Assembly: GCA_002269645.1 (NCBI GenBank)
Contig: NIVC01000978.1
Location: 62,001 to 126,000, forward strand
Length of the DNA: 64,000 nt
Reading direction: 5' to 3'
Source of the DNA: Macrostomum lignano
Taxonomy: Eukaryota
The notes below the pieces were generated by a model, which saw only the letters and a list, made by a program, of their open reading frames with translations, had not been told where the DNA came from and ran no database searches. Positions 31,101 to 42,700 of this stretch are shown here, one piece after another (the first letter of the stretch is position 1; every line of letters begins with the position of its first letter). Both the position numbers and the translations under genes were made by a program.

Positions 31101-34100
31101 TTTGTTGCCAAAATATACACGAATAGAAATTTCTTACCCTGTACAGCGGAAAGACGCACTTGTCAGAAACAATTCCGAAATCCAACCGAATTTTCGATCT
31201 CTTTGAATTGTAGCCGCAGCTGAAAACCTCGAGCTTGTCCTGTCGAATAAGAAGTTTGTCAAGTTTAATAGTTTTCTTTTCAATGGCTGTTTTGAAAAGT
31301 TGTGTGTGTTGGCACTGTAAACCAATCGGTTACAAACATTTTTGTGTGAAGCGGAGTAGCTTGGCGGTTAACGATTCTGAATCTCGTCATACATGCGCAA
31401 GGACCAACCCCAAGGCACAGAGCGTACATGCCTGATGATTATAAAGTCCGGGTGGCTGTACACCCTGTGTATTCAATACCTTTTAGGATCAGGCTACATT
31501 TGGTCCCAAAAAACACTCCACAACAAAAAGGTAGGTTAAATTTAAGCATGGAGCATACATGCGCAATGGTGGATGCGAGTGTGAATGGGCTTCTTCGGAG
31601 ACCAGACCTCACCCGATTGCCCATTGGCTGATTCTGATGCGCCTCACCTCCGCAACAATCTTACCCTACCCCAACTCTATGACTCGATATTTGACATATG
31701 ACTGCGCATTGCTGTGGTGTTGTAAGCGATCCTAAGATTACTAAGCAATGTAGCGATTCTTTCTACTTGTTTGGTGTGTGCTACATGTATATAGTCGAAT
31801 TAGACCAGAATGTCTCAAGTTCGGGTACCTGTAATAAAAGTGTCTCAAGACCGTTCTCACCATCTCATCAGAGTCGCCCAGGCCCACAGCCAGCCAGTCG
31901 AATGTGTGGCCAAAAATCTCAAACAGCAGCTGGTTGGACGCTGGCATCGGGGTGATCAACACGCCGTAGCGGCAGCCGCCGCGGGTGTCGCACGACGGCG
32001 GTTAGAGAGCGCAGGTCTTGGTGGAGCCGCAACCGAACATGGTCGGCATGGACTGCAGCGTGTCCTGTGGGAGGGACGCGTACCAAACTGAAGTTAGAAA
32101 ATGTTTTAATATCATTTGGCTAGACCCATGGGCCACATGCGGCTAGCGAAGCCTCTCTATCCGGGTTTTTGGGTCCTTTGAAACTTCGCAATAGCAATCC
32201 GTCCGCTCAAGGTTGGTGTCTCTTTTCAGCTCTCTCTCCCCTCTTCTCTCCTCTCTTCCCTCCTCTCCCCTCTCCTCTCTCTCCCCTCTCATCTCTCTCC
32301 CCTCCCCTCTTCTCTCCCCTCTCTCCTCTCTCCTCTCGTCTCTCCTCTCCTCTCTCTCCCCTCTCCTCTCTCTCCTCTCTTCTCTCCCCTCTCCTCTCTT
32401 CCCTCTTCTTTCTCCTGTCTCTTCACTCCCTTCTTCTCTCCTCTTTTAATTTATCTTTTCACTCATCTCAACTATGGCCTCTACTCTCTTCTCTCATCTC
32501 TCATCTCTCATCTCTCATCTCTTATCTCTCATCTCTCATCTCTCAACTTCTATTCGCTCTCCATTCCACTCTCATCTAGCCCACAGCCAAGAGTTGGATT
32601 ATTTATCTGACCATTGAGGTAAAAAAACCTTGCCTACCCCTGATTTGAGTGCTTTGTTATTGATCTCTACAGTATTCTAATCTTTTCTTAAATGTATTTG
32701 CAGTGCTTTAACAAATTAATAAATTTAGCTAAGTTGACAAGGCCCAAACTGAAATTTGATTGCTGATCATTTTAGACGTTAGTTCCAGAAAAATGTACAT
32801 TTTGAGTTGGGTATCGAAATGAAATAAAATAACGCGTTTGTTACATTCTGATACTCGTACAGCAGTGATTGACTTCCAGTGATCCTTGATCGAAACCTTG
32901 AACCAGTAGTCTCAGTGCAGTCGGCACTGTCGCGACTCTGATCACATTTCATGTCATATTTGTTCGGAAAATAATCTATAATTGACTCACATTTCCCAAA
33001 GAGAAACTGGCGGGCCCAGCTGAGTTGGGAATGATGGCGCTCTGGATTTCTGTCTGGTACTTCTCGAATTCAATCACGACAGTGGCGCTGGAGCAAAAAA
33101 TCAATAAAGTTATTCGATTTTATTTTATAGGAAAGTACAATATGCACTTTTGTTTATGCGAACTCACGAGAACATTATGGGGCCTTCGTTGGTGGCAGGC
33201 GCGGTCCAGGAGCAGGTAACCGAGCTGTACATGTCTTTGCCTGCCGTCGAGTGTCCGACGCAGTTGTTTTCCTGAAAATTTGTCGAGTTAAAACGATGCT
33301 TCTAAGGCTTTTCTAATCGATTTAAAATCGCGACTATTTGTCATCGAAAGCGATGCAATTCGCCTCACCCCGCCTGGCGCGTACACAGAGAAGTGTCTTG
33401 GCGGGACAGTCATGCCGGCGGAGGTTGAACAGGCGAAGCTGCCCAACAGGGGGCCGAGGTTGGTGTTAGTATAGCCGTTCGATGCTCGGACTGCTTTCAT
33501 TATGAAGCCGGCGAATTTCGTTGAGCTCGAGACTCCGGCCAGGGTCACTGCGAAGACAGGTTTTGTGGGAAGCTCAGTTCATGTTAAACTGGGGCATTTA
33601 CTTTTTGAAATAAATTTTGCGTAAGAATAGTTTTACCTGTCAGAGTGTCCCCTACACTCCAGTTGGTCTTACTGACGGAGATGCTGAACTGCTCTTTGCC
33701 AGCGATGCCCGGATACATGTTCATCGCATCCACTGGCATCTTGCCCTTGCTGTGAAATGGCTGCTGGTTGAGGCACGCGAATGCCGGCGGTCCAGATGGG
33801 AATGCTGCAATAACAGGATCTCAGGTGTTAGAGACTCAATCTACACTTATCTTTATTGAGTTCGTACCCCGTTTGTTTATTTTACTTTATTATAAAATAA
33901 AATTAGACTAAAATTCGACTAAAAGAAGGGGTTGTAGCCTAGTGGTTGGAGCGTCGCACTCGCGACTGAATGGTCGGGGGTTCGATTCTCGACCCAATTT
34001 GAACAATTTGTGTCCTTGAGCAAGACGCTTAACTCACTGCACTGCTTCAGTTCACCCAGCTGTAAAATGGGTGCCAGCATTAGCTGGGGTAACTGAGGGT

Positions 34101-34347
34101 GTGTGGCGACCCCCCCAATCCTTACGCAGCAGCCGTACGCAGCCGATGCGCCGTGCAATAGCTGCGGCTGAGCTGTCGGTTGCACATCTGCCCATTCGGG
34201 CAGGTGTAATCAATAATAATTATTTTTACTAATATTGTAATTATAAAACATTGTTGAGAAACTTTAAAAAAATCTTCTAATCTCACCATCAACAAAGACG
34301 GCTGCCACCACAGACACAAAGATGGCGAATGGCGTGGCGTTACACAT
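28199..34347 (-). CDS. FRRS1: Reeler-DOMON-cytochrome b561 protein (ferric-chelate reductase 1/SDR2-like), paralog A, 12 exons, 655 aa
   Basis: Exons: 34347-34287, 33804-33637, 33547-33369, 33271-33168, 33087-32991, 32064-31861, 31239-31138, 30778-30550, 30389-30270, 30195-29839, 29188-29057, 28413-28199. All GT-AG and phase-consistent, 1968 nt. Signal peptide MCNATPFAIFVSVVAAVFVDA; Reeler start FPSGPPAFAC..PFH; DOMON with candidate heme ligands Met (GDSDEM) and His (IGKH); four b561 histidines ([25 protein letters not shown]); C-terminal hydrophobic helix. Confidence 0.9.
28495..28985. mobile_element. Foldback-like element whose left arm is amplified into a ~14-15-bp tandem array
   Basis: 28750-28809 and 28910-28967 are near-perfect inverted repeats. 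28500-28770 is a tandem array of gagatttcccc(a/g)cc, which is a sub-motif of the arm. Confidence 0.65.
29297..29670 (+). mobile_element. tRNA-headed SINE (family 2) in intron 10 of paralog A
   Basis: Collinear with 43534-43901 (gggaccgtagcccag, gattccaagtgcagtcacattaattt, tgcgtacgtatccgcgcgcttg, taatgcctctcgccggttgtgtg, cgcttaaagtgc). Confidence 0.85.
31375..31475 (+). mobile_element. Fragment related to SINE family 2
   Basis: ccaaccccaaggcacag..gtacatgcct..gat..aaag..ggctgtacaccctgtgt resembles the central part of family 2. Confidence 0.55.
32220..32580. repeat. CT-rich tract, paralog A intron 5
   Basis: Iterations of ctctc and tctca. Confidence 0.88.
33926..34228 (+). mobile_element. tRNA-headed CORE-like SINE (family 1) in intron 1 of paralog A
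   Basis: Most intact head: GGGGTTGTAGCCTAGTGGTTGGAGCG..CTCGCGA..GGGGGTTCGATTCTCGACC, followed by the CORE-like segment and the family 3' end. Confidence 0.85.
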
Positions 34348-36719
34348 TGGAACTAGCAGATAGTGGCAAAGTCTTGAAGCTTGAAGGATAGCTGCAATTC
34401 CTTACTCTGACAAGGTTTGCAGGAGGAGCAGAAACTAGCTATTAATATGCTCTCGTAGAATCTGTCTCGTGAGAAGTGGAGGCTGGGCGGTGGACCACTT
34501 CTAACCCCAAAGCAACAATTGTAAACGCCTCCTCTCGGCTTCTCGGTCTCTGATCTATCTTTCTGTCTCTCACAAAGATTTGTAAGAATAGAAGCATTTG
34601 CAATCTTTCAACGCAGTGCTGGACAGAAGAAATGGGTGGGGTGAGAGGGGTTATTTCTGCATGGCATGCAGTTTTTTTTTAACCCAAGCCCACCTTTCGG
34701 CAGCAAACTATAAACAAACCTAATTTTGCATTCCCGCTGTTTATCTCTGCTCTGTTTTTGCATTCTTTCTTTGTCTGACAAGAGTCTGTGAACTCGTAGG
34801 CTGTTAGCATGCTCTACAATTAAGGAGCTTCTTCATGCAGTACAGACCTCTCCTCTTTTTCTTTTACCCTCTGCCAGAGAATATAATTGGCTCGCTGCGC
34901 TCCCAAGAAAGGGACGCTACTCTAAGCAATGCTTACAAGTTTATAGGTAAAAGCCGAATTGAAATGCAGTGAGGGAATAGGAAAATGCAACGAGTTTTCA
35001 TTTCTATGACTGATAACTTATTAAGTAAAAGTCATAGAAAGATGCGGTTTGCAACATTCAACGCATAAAATTCAGAATTGTAAGATTCCCAAGGTTGAGT
35101 AGTATTATTAACAAAACTGTTCTTTCTTTTAGCGCAAAAAAAGATTTTAAAACCCATTGTGGCCGGAAACTCGAACGCCAGTAGATCATAGAAGCCCCCA
35201 ATGACATCGGTTTCGAGCAAGGTTTCCGCCTCGTCCTCGCATTGAGACATGGCCCTCTCTCGCCGAGTCTGAACAGGTGTCGTGGTGGTAGGTCGCTCCT
35301 CAGGAACAGTTTTGCTCAGGTAGAATGGCTCGTTCGGAAAGATGCTGAATACGACATCAGAAGTTTTTCAGCTGCTCTGGTTGCCCTATCTGCATTTGCA
35401 GATGGAGTCCCAAGAGTTGGTTAAAAATAGCCTTTCTGAAAAATTCAGCAAGCAGATCCCGGTATTTTGTGCTTTGGATCGCTGTGCAACTTTTCCAACT
35501 CTGCTGCTGTTCACTTTCGTGGAATCGCAGAGATCCATCTTCGAGAAAATTTTGAAGCTTCACACGCACTGGGCTTGAAAAACGTCCCTAAACTTGTATC
35601 TTCCCTGCCTCTGCGTACTTGAGAAGTAGCTATAGTCACTGTAGAAAGCAAATGCATTTTACACAAGATAAACTGCCCCATGTAGTTTCTACAGGATTCA
35701 ATTAAACAGCTGTTCAATAAGACGTTTCGCACGTTTGCAATGAATTTATGACTAATTGCGCACATTTGGATTTTATAGTTGTAGCATATGCAAAAAGAGC
35801 TGACAAGTGATTATCAGATATTTTAGGCTAACAAACGAGTAAGCTAAATTCCGATAAAACCCATTCACACATCCAATTTAAAGTTCTGCACTTCCACACA
35901 GTTTAGTAGAAAGATAAGCAAGTTTGATTTAGTTAGGTATATATCGCTGTATTAATTTGTATTGATTAATAAATACCGGTATTGTAAGTTTTAACAGTGT
36001 AATAGGCTTCATTGTCATGATTAGCTACATGACAATCTTAAGAATTCTAGAAATAGTATATGTAGGCGGCTCCGCCGCGATACTAATAAAAGTTTTCAAG
36101 CAAAAATATCATTTCTGAAATTTGCTGTGCATCTTAGCACTCATTACCTATGAAAAATATAGTCTATTGACTATCGTTATGATTAAAAAAGTCACAGTTT
36201 AGCTATATAAAATCTCTACATACAACTGCACCAGTTGTATTCTGTGGGTATAAGCATGTTAGCTAGGAATAGTAAAGTGAAATAGGAACCATTAATGGTG
36301 CGTGTAGAAAGTATTTTAACATTAGAATGAATAATAGCATCAGCGAATTTTCATCTCGCTCTAGTGGATAAATCTGGATAACAGTTTAGCTTTCTGTGAA
36401 AATATCTGGATATACGCTCGTATCGAATAACAAAAACGTGCATTGTTTTTGAATACAAAATTAATCTGATTTAAAACTTTCACACTCAAGGCCTCCATTA
36501 GGCTGGTTTATACAGTCGGCTACTGTTAACACCCCTAATTCCAGTAATTCGAACTCGAAAATGAGGCACAATGACTGCCATCATGGCTAACGCAGAGGCC
36601 ATCTCCCATCGCTGTCTCAATCCATCAAACGTCCTTCACAGTCATTCAATTAAATATTCGAACAGTTTATTTTCGAGCTTCAGACACAGCAGCAGCTTCT
36701 CCTTGAACGTCAGTTCAGC

Positions 36720-39700
36720 TCAGTGCATCCACAGACCGGCCCAGAAGGCGGCGGCCAAGGCCAAGAACACGCAAGCGTAGGCCACCAGCCAGCCTTCGTT
36801 GACGTGCTCGAGCTGCTTGCCTTTGATCTTCGGCTCCGGCTCGCTGTTGGTGGCAGCCACGGATTCGGTGGACTTGTCAGTCAGCTCAAAGCGTCGGCTG
36901 ATGGCGCCCTCCAGCTTCTTGTTGCGGACGGCGCCTTTTGGAAAGTGGAAATGGAAGGGCAGATTAAATTAATACTTTTTGTTGTTCGTAGTCGCAGCAC
37001 CTAAGTAATGAGCAAACAAAGTAGAAGAATACAACACTCGCAAGTCGTCAAATGCATAGGTTCTTTACCGGCTTCCAGCTCCTACGAGACCTGGAAGCAG
37101 CGGCCCTGCTGACCCTTCGGTGGACTCCCGTCCATGCTCTACCCTCCGTTTGAATTCAAAACCAGCATTCCACCGCGTCACGAAGCAAGGAACAACTGGC
37201 AACCCAGTAAAATCCACTGCTTCACTGACGAGTCCCAAATCAACTCCGCCTCTGTCTACGGTTGCCGCATCTGGTGTCTCGGGGGAGAACCGTGGCGAAC
37301 TTCTCCCAATACACCGGCACCTGCCCTACCGTCTTCCAGAACGAAGTTCTCACCATCAGCTCCTATGCCATGGAGCTGTACAACCAGAGAGTCTAGGGGA
37401 AGGAAATTACCCACCACTCGGGCAGTCAAGCGGCGATCCACGTCTTTGAGTGAACCACAACTTGCTCGCGCACAGTCATCGACTGCATCGCGCAGCTTAA
37501 TCGCTTAGGCGCCTCCAAGAAGGTGTCTCTAGGGTGGATCCCCGGACACTCAGGTGACGAGTTGGCCGATTGCCTGGCTAAGGCTGCCTCGATCGGATCT
37601 TTTACTGGTTTCCTGCCCCACCCCAACTGCCGTTTTCACCATTTGGATCAACCAGAGGGTGGCTTCAAAGCACAGGGAGAGGTGGGCTAACACCCTCGAT
37701 TGCAGACAATCAGGGACATCAGGTCGGTGTCCATATATAGCCCTCTCAGGTTTTGACTGTTCTGCCAGGCATCATCACCTGCAGGGAAAAACCCGTAGCG
37801 AGGAATGCCCCATTCTGCCTCTCCGGTTTTGAGAATGCGGAGCACTTCATCTGTGAATGCTCCACCTGTACTCAGGACAGGCTCACCTACTACTCGGCCC
37901 TCACCGATGTTTTCACGCCCGGGAATCTCTGCCAGCTCGTCCGCTACTCTAAGGGCTATCGGGCGAGCGACAATCCAACCTCAACTTGGACCCTCTGGAG
38001 GGGGACCTCGCTGCTGACACCGGCACCACAGTATCTCCCTCCACGACACCGCAGCACCAGCTGCCTGTGGTCGCTAGGGGGTAAGCGGAACGGGCGTCGA
38101 CGCCTCCCCGCTGTATCCGGATGCCCGGAACCCCCTGCAGCTGAGTCAAGTCAAAGTCCTTCTACTGCAGTTATCCATGACATGGCACTCACGGATGCGC
38201 AGGCACTCGAACAGAATCATGGCGATAATCTGCATTCCCGTGTAGATGGCCAGCACGATCACGGCCCAGAAACGGAACTCCGGCCTGAGACTTTCGAATG
38301 TGGCGCCCAGCCAAATGGCGACGGCTGAAATGTTCCAAGTTAAAGTTATTGAGATGAAAGAACTAAAACTTTATTATTTAAGTTGTAGCCGTACTCTACC
38401 ATGCATGCATTTAAATGACTGAAGAATAATCAATTGACAAAGTAAATGCCATATGCTAGGTGAGTCATGGCTGCCCATTGGGGCCTAAATGATCACCGTA
38501 GCGTCAAACAGAGCCCATCTCCAACAGCATGAACTCTTGCTGGATGCAGGGATCGCATCCCAATGCTCAGTCAAGCCTGCGACTTACTGGCGAAAGCCAT
38601 CGCCAACAGGCCGTTCCAGCGGTGCAGCCGGTTAAAGATCGACCTGTTCTTGGTGCCCGGGTGCGGCCGGAAAATGCCGGCGATGATGTTGATGAGGCCG
38701 AGCGACATGCCGATGACGCCGAAAATTCCGTGCACCTGGGAATCGGTCTCCCACTCGCCCTCCTTCACCAGGATGTAGATGAAGCCAGCCAGCGCGATAA
38801 CGTAGCCAATGACCATTGCGCAGACGTGGATGAGGAACCACAGTTGCTTCTTGACCAGCTCCTGCGTCAGGACCGGACGAGTGTGCCGGGCAACAACGAT
38901 AGACAGGCCGCATAGGAAGAGCCAGAAGATGGTCATGAGGGTGCCTGAGGTGCGATGCGGGGGGTTTAGATATTTTTTTCATTCGACAATTCAAGGTGGC
39001 GGTCATTGGATGATCAACAAAATTCTTTGAATAAGTCATAGACAATTATAGAACCTTTGCTTTTCAAAATTATGTTTTGTATAGATGCATGTGAGTCTCA
39101 CCGTGAGTCTGCACTTTGGCTTCGATACCGCTGAAGTACACAGTGGCTTTGTTGCCCATTGGAGTGAGTCGCACAGGAGATCGCAGCGGAATATGAGTGT
39201 GCTTGCCGAGGTTGGGGGTGTCTGCGGTAGTCATGGTGATCAAACGCAATATCTCAACCGTTGTACTATCTCAGGCGAAAGTCCCCAATGCAGCGCAAGC
39301 CTTACTTGGCACGTTCAGTCCTTGAGCCAGTATCACGAACTTGCCCTCAGCCGACATCTTGCTAGTGACAGAGACCAACGAGCTCGTCGTGCTGGTCCGG
39401 TTGTACCTGTAGTAGGAGAAGGTTGCATCGACTGGTCGAACAAACTGGCAGCTGATTCTGTTCGGCTGAACGGGCAGGCTGGCTGCGTCTGCGTTGCCCA
39501 ATTCAATTCGACTCTTCATGTCCGTGATGTCCGACTGGATTTGAGGCAGTTGCACGATGGAGATGAGTATTTTACTTGGGGTTGCGGGTGAATTTTTCTA
39601 GAATCGTTTATTTGGGAAGAAACTGTAGGGTATTTGCATGCTTAATAATTTTCCTGATTTAGTTCAGGTCCGTTCAAGCTAAAAAGCGTCCAAGCCATTC

Positions 39701-42700
39701 TGTTTTGCCAACGGTGACTCCAGCTCGCAGGCCACATCATCCGCGCCGAGTCGTACCGCCCAAAGCCTTTGCAGGAGGTGCTGCTGCTGACGCTTTTATT
39801 GTTTTTGGTGCAGCTGCGGTGGGCAGACCGAGGTCCTCCCAGCTGACCCTGGGGCGGACTGCGGAAATGAGTCCAGGCGTCATCCCAAGGGCAAGGGGCT
39901 GTTAATTCAGCGCTAGGCTTAGACGTCATCCTCCCCGAAGCCCCGGTCGGCCCCGACGTCATCCCTGCCAGTTATCCTCATCCCTAATGCCCATTGGTCG
40001 CCTGGCAGGTCAGCCGCACCCGCAGGCCCAGTGGGTCTACCGAATGCCAGAGTTCGTGTCCGTGGCAGAGGACCTCCACCCGACACCTGACAGTCTGGCA
40101 CTGGCAGTCAGCCAGCCCCTAGGGGCTGCTGACGCTGCAGGCACCCTACCGGCGAGGACAGGCGCACATTCGGCGTTTGATCGACTGCCCGCTGATAGAC
40201 GTCGGCGCCCCGGACTCTTTCGGCGCAGCGGCCTATGCTAGCGCTCAAGCCATGAAGCGGGCCCTGTGTGACGCTTTTATGACTAGCTAGACCTTGTCTC
40301 AGCGTGTTTTGTTGGTGCTTTTATTGTTGATTAAGTTTATGAACGACCTCGCGTGTTCAAAACACACTCTGAACCTCATGGAAAGGTTTGCAGACACAGG
40401 GGTACATGTACATGCCCACTTTACTGTTAGAGCGTTACAACGGGAAATGGTTTAAAGCAAAGTTTTGCGGGAGAAGGATTTGCAGTTGGAAGACTGAGCA
40501 CATCGAGTTCGAATACTCACCCTGTACACGGGTACGAAGAACTCTCCTGGAGCGAACCCAAACTCCATGCGAGTTTTCGAGTTCTTGGAATCATAGCCAC
40601 ACAAAACGATCTCGAGGTCCTCCTGTTGAGTTAATATGGATAAATTTAACTGTGCCAATTTTCGTTTAATTTTTTTCCATTTATTCGTAGGCCTCATTGA
40701 TTTATTTTAGGCATCAAGCTACCATCACTCTGTGATGAACAGTTTTCTAAAGGTTTTCTTAAATTTTCACAGTAATGTGCGACCAGTATCTGCCAGTAAC
40801 CCACGCCTACTGACTCATCAATGTGAAATTCATTCAAAATGTGAATTTCACAGTTCTGGGAAAGGGCGGCAAGACTGGCTATGAAAACAGAAAAGCCCAG
40901 AAGTTTGCCAGCTGCTTCTCTGAGTGAAATTCGTCTCTCAGTTTCTTCAAACTTTGTTTGCCTGCAGAGTTTGCGGCTCAGAGATAATTGAGTTTGCCGT
41001 CTCAGTGGAGTTTGCAGAGTTTATCTGCACCCAAGTGTTCACTCACTCACATTAGAGATCGTGTGCATTTGTTCAGCAAAAAACTTAGTTTCGGACATAT
41101 TTTTCTACTGACAATCGACTCATAGTTTGTTTCTCAGACTCTTTGACTCAACAAAGTTGATACGGTGAAGCCGTGTGTTTCAACTGAGTTTCTTTAACGA
41201 GGATTTGTCACTGACAGATCTTTATCTTTACTCAATTGTCTCACATAACACATGGTGATTTGCTTCAGCTCAAACTTGGTCACGATGGCTGGAATTGAGT
41301 CCCTAGCTATGGCTGGAATTGAGTCCCTATCCGTGGCTGGAATTGAGTCCCTATCCGTGGCTGGAATTGAGTCCCTATCCGTGGCTGGAATTGAGTCCCT
41401 ATCCGTGGCTGGAATTGAGTCCCTAATTGAGTCCCTATCTATGGCTGGAATTGAGTCCCTAGCTATGGCTGGAATTGAGTCTCTAGCTATGGCTGGAATT
41501 GAGTCTCTAGCTATGGCTGGAATTGAGTCCCTATCCATGGCTGGAATTGAGTCCCTATCCGTGGCTGGAATTGAGTCCCTATCCATGGCTGGAATTGAGT
41601 CCCTATCCGTGGCTGGAATTGAGTCCCTATCCATGGCTGGAATTGAGTCCCTATCCGTGGCTGGAATTGAGTCCCTATCCATGGCTGGAATTGAGTCCCT
41701 ATCCGTGGCTGGAATTGAGTCCCTATCCGTGGCTGGAATTGAGTCCCTATCTATGGCTGGATTTGAGTCCCTATCCGTGGCTGGAATTGAGTCCCTATCC
41801 GTGGCTGGAATTGAGTCCCTATCCGTGGCTGGAATTGAGTCCCTATCCGTGGCTGGAATTGAGTCCCTATCCGTGGCTGGAATTGAGTCCCTATCTATGG
41901 CTGGATTTGAGTCCCTATCTATGGCTGGAATTGAGTCATGCTTCCAGTCTTTATAAAAGCATTTCAAAAAAATCAAAATCGATCGCAGAACTCGGCTAAC
42001 GAATATTTTTTAATGCCAATCAAGTGCTAGAAATTAAAGGCTAAACCATATTGCTAATGCATTTTGAGACTCACCATCTCAGTAGAGTCACCCAGACCCA
42101 CAGCCAGCCAGTCGAATGTGTGGCCGAAAATCTCAAACATCAGCTGGTTGGTCGATGGCATCGGGGTGATCATCACGCCGTAGCGGCAGCCGCCGCGGGT
42201 GTCGCACGACGGCGGGTAGAGAGCGCAGGTCTTGGTGGAGCCGCAACCGAACATGGTCGGCATGGACTGCAGCGTGTCCTGTGGGCGGTAACAAAGACTC
42301 AAGATAACACAAACAGTTCAATAGGCGGGTGAGAGTCAACCGTTGAAACATCTTTGAGTCCTGCTGGCATATCCAATGCATGTAGCTTCTACAAACAACT
42401 AAATACACTGTTGATGTTTTAGGACTCAAAGATGTTTCAACGGTTGACTCTCACCCTATTCATGGCTGAAATGGATAGAGACACTTTTGCTAAATACAGG
42501 GACCATTGTTGGGGGGGGGTTTAGAGCGTCGGGCTCACGCTTCTCGACCGCCTCGGAACAATTTGTGTCCTTGAGGGTAAGACACTTAACTCTACATTGC
42601 TTCAGTTCACCCAGCTTTAACTGAGGGTGTGTGTGGCCACCCCCAGTCCTTGGACTGAACAGCCGTACATAGCAGCTTTCATATGTGCCGCGCAATAGCT

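Noticed and set aside
33930-34002. Possible tRNA gene
   Set aside because: A and B boxes are present but the stems pair poorly and it continues into the SINE body; it is a SINE head. The same applies at 26640, 29297 and 43534.
35032-35600. ORF fragments between the two paralogs (..MSQCEDEAETLLETDVIGGFYDLLAFEF..)
   Set aside because: No recognisable domain or splice-consistent structure.
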